Positions 10,315 to 19,625 of a stretch of DNA of 64,000 nt are shown here, one piece after another. The notes beneath the pieces are model-generated. The model saw only the letters and a program-made list of their open reading frames with translations, had not been told where the DNA came from and did no database searches. How positions within the stretch are numbered: the first letter of the stretch is position 1; the number at the start of each line of letters is the position of its first letter. Position numbers and translations under genes: made by a program. The stretch comes from Candidatus Eiseniibacteriota bacterium (GTDB lineage: Bacteria > Eisenbacteria > RBG-16-71-46), in the NCBI GenBank assembly GCA_963725865.1, contig CAVSAC010000012.1:576001-640000 (forward strand). The letters are read 5' to 3'.

Positions 10315-10563
10315 ATGTTCAAGAAGAAGGGTATTCCGGGGGACGACGACTACGTCGAGATCCCGGACGACGAAGTCGACGAATACGACGAAGAGGACGA
10401 GGACGACGAGTTCCTCGAGGACGACGACGAGCTCGAGGACGACGAGGCGTTCGACGAGGAGGAGTTCGAGGACGACTTCGACGAGGACGAGACGTACGAC
10501 GAGGACGAGGAAGACGAGGACTTCGCCGACTTCGACGAAGAAGAGGACGACGAGGAACGCTGA
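10315..10563 (+). CDS. Small hyper-acidic hypothetical protein (82 aa)
   Basis: GAGGT SD, ATG 10315, host-like codon choice (GAC/GAG/TTC), upstream promoter. Confidence 0.8.
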   Translation: MFKKKGIPGDDDYVEIPDDEVDEYDEEDEDDEFLEDDDELEDDEAFDEEEFEDDFDEDETYDEDEEDEDFADFDEEEDDEER

Positions 10564-10708
10564 ATGACGCCACGATCGGCGCGGGTGACCGGCACGATCT
10601 GCGGTTCGCTCCCTGGGCTCGCTGCCCACGCCTGATACGCTGCAACTCGCGAGGGCCCTGCGTCTGCGATGACGCGGGGCCTCTCGCGTCGATGGAGGAG
10701 GAACGACC

Positions 10709-11602
10709 ATGAGCAGGCCGCCTGACTGGCCCGCCGGCCTCCCCCTGAACTTCGGGGGGATCGAAGGCGAGCTCGCCACGCTCGCGCGCGCGCGCGCCGT
10801 CGTGTTGCCGGTGCCCTATGACTTCAGCGTCACCTACCAGAGCGGAACCCGCTGGGGCCCGCAGGCCATCCTCGCGGCCTCGCGCAACATGGAGCTGTGG
10901 GACGACGAGCTGGGGCCCACCTACCGCCACGGCATCCACACCGCGCCCGAGCTGGAGCCCACCGCGCTCGGCCCCGAGGCGATGTGCGAGCGCGTGGAGC
11001 AGGCGGTCGCCTGGATCCTCGAGCACGGCAAGCTGCCCGCGATCCTCGGCGGCGAGCACAGCATCACCGCGGGCGCCGTGCGCGCGACGAAGCGGACCCA
11101 TCCGGGACTCTCGGTGCTGCAGATCGACGCCCACGCCGACATGCGCGACGCGTACCTCGATTCGCCGTACAGTCACGCGTGCGTGATGCGCCGCGTCCGC
11201 GAGCTGGTGCCGGCGGCGTCGGTGGGCATCCGCTCGCTGAGCGAGGAGGAGGCCGTCCACCTGAAGGCCCACCCGGCGCCGATCTGGAGCGTGCGGGGCT
11301 TCCGCGCGTTGCGGGGCGACTGGACGCCGATCCTCGACGCGCTCAGCGGCGAGGTGTTCGTCACGTTCGACCTCGACGGGCTCGATCCCGGCATCCTGCC
11401 CGGCACCGGTACGCCCGAGCCGGGGGGGCTCGACTGGTACGAGGCCTGCGACCTGCTCGCGGCCGTGGCGGCGCGGAAGCGCATCGTGGGCTTCGACGTG
11501 GTGGAGCTCGCACCGCTGGCGGGCAGCGTCACGTCGGACTTCCTCGCGGCGCGGCTCGTCTACCGGCTCATCGGCCACGCGCTCGGCGCGTGGCGGACCT
11601 GA
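10709..11602 (+). CDS. speB: Agmatinase (ureohydrolase family)
   Basis: GGEHS, DAHAD, SHAC, TFDLDGLDP, GTGTPEPGGL. Confidence 0.92.
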   Translation: MSRPPDWPAGLPLNFGGIEGELATLARARAVVLPVPYDFSVTYQSGTRWGPQAILAASRNMELWDDELGPTYRHGIHTAPELEPTALGPEAMCERVEQAVAWILEHGKLPAILGGEHSITAGAVRATKRTHPGLSVLQIDAHADMRDAYLDSPYSHACVMRRVRELVPAASVGIRSLSEEEAVHLKAHPAPIWSVRGFRALRGDWTPILDALSGEVFVTFDLDGLDPGILPGTGTPEPGGLDWYEACDLLAAVAARKRIVGFDVVELAPLAGSVTSDFLAARLVYRLIGHALGAWRT

Positions 11603-11612
11603 GGGGGCACGC

Positions 11613-12791
11613 GTGTCGGTCGCACGTCTGGTGCTGCGCAAGAACCAGGACCGCCGCGTGCGCGGCGGGCATCCGTGGGTGTTCAGCAACGAGGTCGCCA
11701 GCCTCGAGGGCGACCCGGCCGACGGCGACCTGGTGGAGGTGTGCGACTTCCGCGGCGCGTTCCTGGGGCGCGCGTACTGGAACCGCAAGAGCCTGATCTG
11801 CGCGCGCGTGCTCACTCGCGGCCGCGATCCCATCGACGCCGACTTCTTCGTCAAGCGCCTCGAGCGGGCGCTGCGCCTGCGCGAGACGGTCTATCCGGGC
11901 GCGCAGGCGGTGCGCGTCGTCTACGGCGAGTCGGACCAGCTGCCGGGGCTCGTGATCGACCGCTACGGCGACGTGCTCGCCGTGCAGGTGCTCACGCTCG
12001 GCATGGAGCGCCGCGCCGAGCTGGTGCAGGAGGCCATCACGCGGGTGCTCGCTCCGCGCGGCGTGATGCGGATGGCGGATTCCCCGCTGCGCAAGCTCGA
12101 GGGACTGCCGCTCGAGCGCGGCGTGTGGTGGGGGGAGGTGCCCGAGCGGCTCGAGGTCGAGCTGGAGGGCTTCCAGCTCGAGGCCGACCTCAGGCATGGC
12201 CAGAAGACCGGACTGTTCCTGGACCAGCGCGAGAACCGCCGCCGGGCCGAGGCGCGCGCGTCGGGCCGCCGGGTGCTCGACCTGTTCTGCTACCAGGGCG
12301 AGTGGGCGCTGCACTGCGCCCGCGGTGGCGCCGCGCACGTGCTCGCGGTGGATTCGTCGGAGCCCGCGCTCGAAGCCGCGCGGCGCAACCTGGAGCGCAA
12401 CGCGCTGCGCGAGCGCGTCGACGTGCGGCGCGGTGACGCGCTCGAGGTGATGCGTGAGCTGGAGCGCGCCGGCCAGCGCTTCGGGATGATCGTGCTCGAC
12501 CCGCCCGCGCTCGTGAAGTCGGGCCGTCACCTCGCGGCCGGGGCCCGCGCGTACCGCGAGCTCAATCGCACCGCGATGAGCCTGCTCGAGGAGGACGGCT
12601 GGCTGCTGACGTGCTCGTGCAGCCATCACCTCGACGACACGCTGTTCCGCCAGGTGCTGCTGGAAGCCGCGCGCGCCGCGCGCCGTCCCATGCGCGTGAG
12701 CGAGTGGGCGGGCGAGGCCGCGGACCACCCGACGCTGCTCGCGGTTCCCGAGACGCACTACCTGAAGTGCGCGGTGCTGCAGGCCATATGA
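11613..12791 (+). CDS. rlmI: RlmI-type SAM-dependent rRNA m5C methyltransferase
   Basis: HPWVF PUA domain, ESDQLPGL, GQKTGLFLDQRENR, LDPP, CSCS, YLK. Confidence 0.88.
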   Translation: MSVARLVLRKNQDRRVRGGHPWVFSNEVASLEGDPADGDLVEVCDFRGAFLGRAYWNRKSLICARVLTRGRDPIDADFFVKRLERALRLRETVYPGAQAVRVVYGESDQLPGLVIDRYGDVLAVQVLTLGMERRAELVQEAITRVLAPRGVMRMADSPLRKLEGLPLERGVWWGEVPERLEVELEGFQLEADLRHGQKTGLFLDQRENRRRAEARASGRRVLDLFCYQGEWALHCARGGAAHVLAVDSSEPALEAARRNLERNALRERVDVRRGDALEVMRELERAGQRFGMIVLDPPALVKSGRHLAAGARAYRELNRTAMSLLEEDGWLLTCSCSHHLDDTLFRQVLLEAARAARRPMRVSEWAGEAADHPTLLAVPETHYLKCAVLQAI

Positions 12792-12801
12792 GCCGATGTC
12801 A

Positions 12802-13986
12802 TCATGCGCTCGCGGCGGCCGCGGCGCGCCCCACCCAGCGCGCGACGATCGCGCGTCGCGCCGGGCGCTCGATCAGTTCGTAGAGGGCGGCGCACACCAG
12901 GTTCATCAGCACGTACAGCGCGGGCAGGCGCAGCGCGCCGAGGTGGTCGGTGAGCGCCAGCAGCGGCTCCATGACCACTGAGAGCTGGATCAGGTAGAAG
13001 CCGTAGGAGATCTTGCCGAGGTACGCCGGCAACGGCGCCGCGAGCGCGCGCGACACCCACGAGCGCTCCACCGAGAGCGCCAGGATGAGGGCTCCCGTCA
13101 GGACCGCGACGGCCTGGCTCGCGAGCACGCCGGACCACGCGCCGGCGCCGTGCATCGCCAGGTCCTTCCACACCATGCATACGCCGATGGCGACGAAGCA
13201 GGTGAGTGCGAGCGCCGACGCGCGCCGGCCCGCCAGCAGGCGCGGCAGATCGCCGCGGCGATGCACGAAGGCGCAGCCGATGCCGATCGCGAACTCCGGG
13301 AAGCGGCCGGCGAGCGTCGAGTGGGCGAGCAGCGGCAGGTCGGCGAGGAATCCGCCGAAGGTCCAGCCCAGCTGGTGGGCGAGCCACTGCGCGCCGCCGA
13401 ACGTCGCCACGAGCCCCGCGCCGAGCAGCGCCAGCGTGCCGACCAGCTTCACCGCGCGCGCCGCGAGGCCGGCGCTGCTGCGCACACCGCGACCCAGGAC
13501 CAACACGGCGATCACGACGTAGAGCACGGGTGCCGCGGCGTAGAAGGACTCCTCGATGGTGAGCGACCACGCGGTGGGCAGCCCGGCGATGCGCAGGTCG
13601 CGGAAGAACGCCTGGGTCATCGAGCAGGTGACCAGCCACGTCAGGTTGGGCGCCTGCCCGCGTAGCAGCAGGGCGAGGTGCTGGACCGCGACGAGCACCA
13701 GGTAGAGCGGCCAGATCCGTGCGATGCGCTTGACGAAGTAGAGCCGCAGTCCGCCCGCGCCCGACGCGAAGCGGTCGAAGTACAGGCGCGTGATCAGGAA
13801 GCCCGAGAGCACGAAGAACATGGACACGCCCAGCTGCCCGGCGCGCCACACCGGTAGCAGCGGGATCCACTCCGGCGCCGCCTCCGCGCCGCGGCGCGCC
13901 GGGGCGAACAGGAAGGCGTAGTGGTACATGAACACCAGGAAGGCGGCGAGTGCGCGCAGCGTCGTGAGGGCCTTGATCTCTCGCAT
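12802..13986 (-). CDS. Membrane acyltransferase (acyltransferase-3/OafA-like, no SGNH domain)
   Basis: LRALAA..H, GVSMFFVLSGFLI, RIARIWP, WSLTIEESFY, LGKISYGFYL, IERP. Confidence 0.9.
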   Translation of the reverse strand: MREIKALTTLRALAAFLVFMYHYAFLFAPARRGAEAAPEWIPLLPVWRAGQLGVSMFFVLSGFLITRLYFDRFASGAGGLRLYFVKRIARIWPLYLVLVAVQHLALLLRGQAPNLTWLVTCSMTQAFFRDLRIAGLPTAWSLTIEESFYAAAPVLYVVIAVLVLGRGVRSSAGLAARAVKLVGTLALLGAGLVATFGGAQWLAHQLGWTFGGFLADLPLLAHSTLAGRFPEFAIGIGCAFVHRRGDLPRLLAGRRASALALTCFVAIGVCMVWKDLAMHGAGAWSGVLASQAVAVLTGALILALSVERSWVSRALAAPLPAYLGKISYGFYLIQLSVVMEPLLALTDHLGALRLPALYVLMNLVCAALYELIERPARRAIVARWVGRAAAAASA

Positions 13987-14068
13987 GCCACTCCCGTCGA
14001 GCGGTCGGGGTTGTGGAGGTCGCCGCTCCGCTCGCGCGCCCGCCACGCGGGCGGAGCCGGCGCCGGGC

Positions 14069-14353
14069 CTAGCCGGCGCTCGCGCCCTTCTTGACCTCGT
14101 CCACGTAGTTCATGCGCAGCTCGCTGAGTACCTGCCGCAGCACCCGCTCCTCGTCGGGCTCGAGGTTGCCCCGGGTTCGCGCCTCGATCGCGCTCAGCGT
14201 CTCGATGGTGTCGCGCGCCGCGTCCAGGTTCTTCTCGACCTGGCGCGTCATCGGGTTCATGAGCTTGCCGAGCGACATCATGCCCGCCTGCTGGAGTCCG
14301 AGCACCAGCTGGAGGAACAGCGCGGCCTGACGGGAGGGATTCGAATCGGTCAT
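14069..14353 (-). CDS. DUF1844-family protein
   Basis: LGKLMNP, ARDTIETL, TRGNL..EE..L..LRMNYV; ATGA overlap with mazG. Confidence 0.8.
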   Translation of the reverse strand: MTDSNPSRQAALFLQLVLGLQQAGMMSLGKLMNPMTRQVEKNLDAARDTIETLSAIEARTRGNLEPDEERVLRQVLSELRMNYVDEVKKGASAG

Positions 14354-15165
14354 GGGGTGTCCGGATGACCTGCGCGCGAGGCGGCCTTGGCCTCCTCCCA
14401 CAGGGCGTCCATCTCCTCGAGGCTCGCCTGCGACGGGGTGCGACCCTGCTCGGCGAGGCGGCGCTCGATGTGGTGGAAGCGGTCGCGGAATCGGTGGGTG
14501 GCGGAGCGCAACTCGCGCTCGGGATCGATGGCGAGATGGCGCGCCAGGTTCACGACCGCGAACAGCAGGTCGCCGACCTCGTGGCGCGTGGCGGGAGAGG
14601 CGTCGGTTCCCAGCTCGCGCGCCAGCTCCTCGGTCTCTTCGCGGACTTTCGCGAGCGGGCCCTGGAGGTCGGGCCAGTCGAAGCCCACGGCGCCCGCCTT
14701 CTCCTGGATGCGATACGCCGCGACCAGCGCCGGGAGGCCCTTGGGCTGCTCGCCGAGCAGCGAGACGTGAGCGCCGGACGCGCCCTTCTCGGCCTGCTTG
14801 ATCTCCTGCCATTGGCGGTAGGCGGCGTTTCCGTCGCCGATCACCGCGTCGCCATAGACGTGCGGATGGCGCCGAATGAGCTTCTGAGCGGCGCGTTCCA
14901 GGCTCTCGGCGAGCCCCGGGCCGCCCTCGTCGGCGAGCAGCTCGAGGCAGAAGATCGCGAGGAACGCGAGGTCGCCGAGCTCCTCGGCCACGTGGGCCGC
15001 ATCGCCCGAGGCGATGGCCTCGCCCGACTCGACCGCCTCCTCGGTGAGGTAGGGGGTCATGGTGGTGAGGGTCTGCTCGCGGTCCCACGGACAACCGTCC
15101 GGCCCGCGCAGCCGGCGGCACACGGCGACGAGATCGGCGAAGGCCTTCAGCTCGCGTTCGTTCAT
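14350..15165 (-). CDS. mazG: Nucleoside triphosphate pyrophosphohydrolase
   Basis: LRGPDGCPWDREQT, EELGDL, KLIRRHPHV, GFDW, EVGDLLF. Confidence 0.95.
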   Translation of the reverse strand: MNERELKAFADLVAVCRRLRGPDGCPWDREQTLTTMTPYLTEEAVESGEAIASGDAAHVAEELGDLAFLAIFCLELLADEGGPGLAESLERAAQKLIRRHPHVYGDAVIGDGNAAYRQWQEIKQAEKGASGAHVSLLGEQPKGLPALVAAYRIQEKAGAVGFDWPDLQGPLAKVREETEELARELGTDASPATRHEVGDLLFAVVNLARHLAIDPERELRSATHRFRDRFHHIERRLAEQGRTPSQASLEEMDALWEEAKAASRAGHPDTP

Positions 15166-15196
15166 GCGCGCAGCGTACCCGAGGGCAGCGCGCGCG

Positions 15197-15769
15197 TCAC
15201 GCGGCGCGCGCGGAGGTCGCCGGCCGCCGCGCGAGCCGCCGCAGGATCAGCCACGTCACGAGCACCACGAGCAGCACCGCGAGCAGCGGCACCAGGACGG
15301 CCAGCACCAGCAGCGTGAGCACGGCGCCGTCCTCGGCGAAGGAGAGCAGTGGATTGCCGAGCCCGAGGGTGAACGCGGTGGAGCCCACGCGCGTATTCGC
15401 CTTTGCCGCGTGCACCGCCAGGGCGCCCGCACCGAACACCAGGGCGGCGATCTGCGCCCACGGCGCGCCCCACCCCGACAGCACCGCGAATCCACCGAGC
15501 CACGCGGCGGCGGGACGCAGCACCGTGCCCACAGCGTCGAGCGCGTGATCGACCACCGGGATCTTGTCGCCCGCCAGCTCGAGCACGGTCGCGACGCCGA
15601 GCGCCCAGAGCGCCGGATCGCTCACGAGCCAATGGGCCTCGGGGCGCAGCGGCAGCAGCCCGAAGCGACCGGCGAGGCCGATCGCCAGCAGTGGCAGGAA
15701 CGCGCGGAGTCCGGTGGCCGCCGCGATGGCGATGCCGGAGAGCAAGGCGAGCACGAGCGTCGTGTCCAT
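15197..15769 (-). CDS. DUF4126-family membrane protein
   Basis: GLRAFLPLL, ELAGDKIPVVDHALD, NPLLSFAED; GAGGAGG SD. Confidence 0.85.
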   Translation of the reverse strand: MDTTLVLALLSGIAIAAATGLRAFLPLLAIGLAGRFGLLPLRPEAHWLVSDPALWALGVATVLELAGDKIPVVDHALDAVGTVLRPAAAWLGGFAVLSGWGAPWAQIAALVFGAGALAVHAAKANTRVGSTAFTLGLGNPLLSFAEDGAVLTLLVLAVLVPLLAVLLVVLVTWLILRRLARRPATSARAA

Positions 15770-15899
15770 GTCCTCCTCGGGGCCGAGGTTTGCGCAGCCG
15801 GAGAGCGCCGCGTATCCTACCAGCCTTTCGGCGGGTGCGCGCGCGCCTCGGGCCCACCATCGACGCGCGCGCGGCCGCAAGGGGGTGGTGCGCTTGGGC

Positions 15900-17126
15900 A
15901 TGCCTGTCTCGACCTGGGTCGAGGTCGACCTCGATCGCTTCTCCGCCAACCTGCGCGCGATCCGCGGGCTGATCGGCCCGGATCGCGAGGTGCTGCTCGT
16001 CGTGAAGGCCGACGCTTACGGTCACGGCTCCGCCGAGATGGCGGAGGCCGCCGAGCGAGAGGGCGTGGCGGCCCTCGGCGTGGCCACCCTGCACGAGGGC
16101 ATCCAGCTGCGCCAGAGCGGTCGCACGCTGCCGATCGTCGTGCTCTCGCCGCTGCTGCCGAGCGAGATCGCCGAGGCGGTGCAGCACCGCCTGGATCCCA
16201 CCGTGTGCGACCTCGGTTTCGCGAAGGCGCTCTCGGACGCGGCGGGGGTGGCGGGGCACCCGCTGCGCTGCCACGTCGAGATCGACACCGGGATGGGGCG
16301 CATCGGGGTGCACGAGGGCGAAGCCGAAGCGTTCCTCGCCGAGCTGGTCGAGATGCCGGGACTGCGGCTCGCGAGCGTCTACACCCACTTCCCGGATGCT
16401 GACGGCGCCGACCTGGCGTTCTCCCGCGAGCAGGCCGAGCGCTTCGTGGCGCTGCTCGGTCGCCTCGCCGCGCGCGGCATCCGGCCGCCGCGCGTGCACG
16501 CCGCGAACAGCGCGGCGACGCTCAATCTGCCCGGCGCGTACTTCGACTCGGTGCGCGTGGGGCTGATCGCCTACGGCCACCGTCCATCGCGGGCCGACGC
16601 GCCGCTCGAGCTCGCGCCGGTGATGTCGTTCAAGAGCCGGCTCGTCCAGCTCCGCTCGCTGCCCGCCGGCACCCCGGTCTCGTACGCGCGCACGTTCGTC
16701 ACGCAGCGGCCGACCCGCATGGGCGTGGTCCCGGTCGGCTATGGTCACGGCTACTCGTGGCTGATGTCGAACCGCGGTCGGATGCTGGTGCACGGGCAGT
16801 CGTGCCCGATCCTCGGCCGCGTGACCATGGATCTGACCATGATCGACCTGGCCGCGGCTCCCGACGCGAAGGTCGGGGACGAGGTCGTGCTGTTCGGGGA
16901 GCAGGGCGATGCCACACTGTCGCTCGAGGAGGTCGCGCGCCTCAGCGAGACGCTGTCGTACGAGATCATGTGCACCATCGGCAAGCGGGTGACGCGGATC
17001 TACCTGCAGGGTGGCCGCCCGGTCAAACTCACGTCCCTGGTCGGCGAGCGCGCCGAATGGGCGCGCCAGGCGGCCGAGCACTTCCGACTGCGGGCGCAGG
17101 CCGTCGCCGCGGCGAAGGGGCGCTGA
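15900..17126 (+). CDS. alr: Alanine racemase with C-terminal extension
   Basis: VVKADAYGHG, DTGMGRIG, ANSAA, GRVTMD, YEIMC. Confidence 0.95.
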   Translation: MPVSTWVEVDLDRFSANLRAIRGLIGPDREVLLVVKADAYGHGSAEMAEAAEREGVAALGVATLHEGIQLRQSGRTLPIVVLSPLLPSEIAEAVQHRLDPTVCDLGFAKALSDAAGVAGHPLRCHVEIDTGMGRIGVHEGEAEAFLAELVEMPGLRLASVYTHFPDADGADLAFSREQAERFVALLGRLAARGIRPPRVHAANSAATLNLPGAYFDSVRVGLIAYGHRPSRADAPLELAPVMSFKSRLVQLRSLPAGTPVSYARTFVTQRPTRMGVVPVGYGHGYSWLMSNRGRMLVHGQSCPILGRVTMDLTMIDLAAAPDAKVGDEVVLFGEQGDATLSLEEVARLSETLSYEIMCTIGKRVTRIYLQGGRPVKLTSLVGERAEWARQAAEHFRLRAQAVAAAKGR

Positions 17127-17127
17127 C

Positions 17128-18297
17128 GTGCGCGTGTTCCTGATCGTGATGGACGGCGTGGGCATCGGCGAGCTGCCGGATGCCGCAGAGTACGGAGACG
17201 TGGGCAGCAACACGCTCGGTCACGTGGCGCAGGCGGTCGACGGACTGCGCCTGCCGAATCTGGAGCGCCTGGGGCTCGGGCGATTGCTGGACGCGCCGGG
17301 CATCCGCGCCGTGGCGGATCCGCGGGGCGCGTACGGCCGGCTCGCCGAGCGCTCGCCGGGCAAGGACAGCACGACCGGCCATTGGGAGCTGGCGGGCCTA
17401 GTGCTCGACCGGCCGTTCCCCGTCTACCCGCACGGCTTCCCGCTCGACCTGCTGGAGCGCTGGAGCGCCCGCGTCGGGCGCGGCTGGCTGGTGAACGCGC
17501 CCGCCTCGGGCACCGACGTGATCGCGCGCCATGGCGCCCAGCACCGCGCGAGCGGCAAGTACATCGTGTACACGTCGGCCGACAGCGTGTTCCAGGTCGC
17601 CGCCCACGTCGACGTCGTTCCGCTCGAGGAGCTCTACGAGGCGTGCCGCATCGCGCGCGAGATGCTGCAGGGAGAGCACGGCGTGGGGCGCGTGATCGCG
17701 CGGCCGTTCGCGGGCGAGGACGGCGCGTTCACGCGCGTCTCCGCGAAGCGGCGCGACTTCTCGCTGCCGCCGCCCGCGCCGACCGTGCTCGACCGCCTCA
17801 CGGCGGGTGGCCATCACGTGACCACGGTGGGCAAGGTGGACTACCTGTTCGCGGGCCGCGGCGTCGCCGAAGCGATTCACACGGCCAACAACGACGACGG
17901 GCAGGGCGTGCTGCTCGACCTCGCGAAGCGTCCGGGCGCGGGGCTCGTGTTCGCCAACCTGGTCGACTTCGACGAGCTGTTCGGACATCGCAACGACGCG
18001 GTCGGCTTCGCGCGTGCGCTCGAGTCCTTCGATGCGTGCGCGGGCGAACTGCTGGGCCGCCTGAGGAGTGACGAGATGGTGTGGATCACGGCCGACCACG
18101 GCAACGACCCCACGACGCCGAGCACCGATCACGCTCGCGAGCACACGCCGCTGCTGGTGGCGGGGCCGCGCGTGCGCCAGGGCGTCGACGTGGGCACGCG
18201 CCCGACGTTCGCGGACGTCGCGGCCACGCTTGCCGAGACGTTCGAGGTGGCGTTCGAGTCCCCGGGTCGCTCGTTCCTGAAGGAGGTGCGCGGATGA
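17128..18297 (+). CDS. deoB: Phosphopentomutase
   Basis: IVMDGVGIG, GKDSTTGHWE, YTSADSVFQ, GRVIARPF, ADHGNDPT. Confidence 0.96.
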   Translation: MRVFLIVMDGVGIGELPDAAEYGDVGSNTLGHVAQAVDGLRLPNLERLGLGRLLDAPGIRAVADPRGAYGRLAERSPGKDSTTGHWELAGLVLDRPFPVYPHGFPLDLLERWSARVGRGWLVNAPASGTDVIARHGAQHRASGKYIVYTSADSVFQVAAHVDVVPLEELYEACRIAREMLQGEHGVGRVIARPFAGEDGAFTRVSAKRRDFSLPPPAPTVLDRLTAGGHHVTTVGKVDYLFAGRGVAEAIHTANNDDGQGVLLDLAKRPGAGLVFANLVDFDELFGHRNDAVGFARALESFDACAGELLGRLRSDEMVWITADHGNDPTTPSTDHAREHTPLLVAGPRVRQGVDVGTRPTFADVAATLAETFEVAFESPGRSFLKEVRG

Positions 18298-18710
18298 CCC
18301 CGAAGGAGTTGATGGCCGAGGCCGAGCGCGCGCTCGAACACGCGTACGCGCCGTACTCGCGCTTCCGGGTCGGTGCGGCGCTGCTCACGCGCAGCGGCCG
18401 GGTCGTGCACGGCTGCAACGTCGAGAACGCCTCGTTCGGGCTCTCGATCTGCGCGGAGCGGAACGCGGTGTTCCGCTCGGTGTGCGACGGCGAGCGTGAC
18501 TTCGTGGCGGTGGCCATCGTGGATGCGCAGGGCCACGGCGCCTCTCCGTGCGGCGCGTGCCGGCAGGTGCTGCACGAGTTCGCGCCCGGATTGATCGTCT
18601 ACTGGCGGGACGCGCGCGGCCGCATCGTGCGCAAGCGGCTGAGCGAGCTGCTCGGATCGCCGTTCGACCTGGTGAAGCAACCGAAGCGGAAGAAGGGAGC
18701 GAAGCGATGA
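18294..18710 (+). CDS. cdd: Cytidine deaminase (homotetrameric type)
   Basis: [30 protein letters not shown]. Confidence 0.96.
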   Translation: MTPKELMAEAERALEHAYAPYSRFRVGAALLTRSGRVVHGCNVENASFGLSICAERNAVFRSVCDGERDFVAVAIVDAQGHGASPCGACRQVLHEFAPGLIVYWRDARGRIVRKRLSELLGSPFDLVKQPKRKKGAKR

Positions 18711-19621
18711 GCCGCGAGCGCGACGACCTGGTCGAGGCCATCACCCGCAAGGTGCTCGAGGCGCTGGCGCGCCGGGCTCCGACGCTCTCCGGCGCTCCCG
18801 CGGCGGCGGCGACGGTGGACTCCCACGATCCCGACACCTGCGAGCGCTGTCGTGCGTTCGGTGTGAGCGCGGTCCGGGGGCCCGAGGAGACGCGCGCGCT
18901 GGCCGCCGCCGGCGCCTCCCGCGTCGTCGCGACGATGGGCTACTGTCCGGCCTCCGATGGACTGGCGTCGCTGATCGACCACACGCTGCTCAAGCCCGAC
19001 GCCACGCGCGAGCAGATCGAGCAGATCTGCCGCGAGGCCGCGCAGTTCTGCTTCGCCTCCGTGTGCGTGAATCCGAACTGGGTGCCGCTGTGCCGGGAGC
19101 TGCTGCGCGGCAGCGGCGTGAAGGTGTGCACGGTGATCGGATTCCCCTCCGGTGCGCATGCGCCCGACGTGAAGGCCTACGAGGCGCGGCGTGCGGTCGA
19201 GCAGGGCGCGGAGGAGGTCGACATGGTGATCAACATCGGCGCCATGAAGTCCAAGGACTACGCGCTGGTCGAGCAGGACATCCGTGGCGTGGTGCACGCC
19301 GCTGCGGGCGCCGTGGTCAAGGTCATCCTCGAGACCTCGCTGCTCACGCGCGAGGAGAAGATCATGGGCTGCACGCTGGCGAAGGCCGCGGGCGCCGACT
19401 TCGTGAAGACGTCGACGGGCTTCGCCGGCGGTGGGGCCACGGTCGAGGACGTGCAGCTGATGCGCGAGACGGTCGGTCCCGAGATGGGGGTGAAGGCCTC
19501 CGGTGGAGTGCGCACCAAGGAGGAGGCGGAGGCCATGGTGAAGGCCGGCGCGACCCGCCTCGGCGCTTCGGCGGGCGTGAAGATCGTGCGCGGCGAGAAG
19601 TCGGAAGGGAAGGGCTACTAG
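18707..19621 (+). CDS. deoC: Deoxyribose-phosphate aldolase with about 85-aa N-terminal extension
   Basis: [50 protein letters not shown]. Confidence 0.96.
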   Translation: MSRERDDLVEAITRKVLEALARRAPTLSGAPAAAATVDSHDPDTCERCRAFGVSAVRGPEETRALAAAGASRVVATMGYCPASDGLASLIDHTLLKPDATREQIEQICREAAQFCFASVCVNPNWVPLCRELLRGSGVKVCTVIGFPSGAHAPDVKAYEARRAVEQGAEEVDMVINIGAMKSKDYALVEQDIRGVVHAAAGAVVKVILETSLLTREEKIMGCTLAKAAGADFVKTSTGFAGGGATVEDVQLMRETVGPEMGVKASGGVRTKEEAEAMVKAGATRLGASAGVKIVRGEKSEGKGY

Positions 19622-19625
19622 CCGC

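Noticed and set aside
10350..10595. Poly-Ser ORF antisense to the acidic gene
   Set aside because: Simple reverse-complement of GAC/GAG codons; the plus strand has the promoter and SD
10590..10602. GGCACGATCTGC as a sigma54 site before speB
   Set aside because: GG-GC spacing is 8 nt rather than the required 10
10648..10688. Hairpin upstream of speB as a riboswitch
   Set aside because: Single stem without a recognisable aptamer consensus; does not cover the SD
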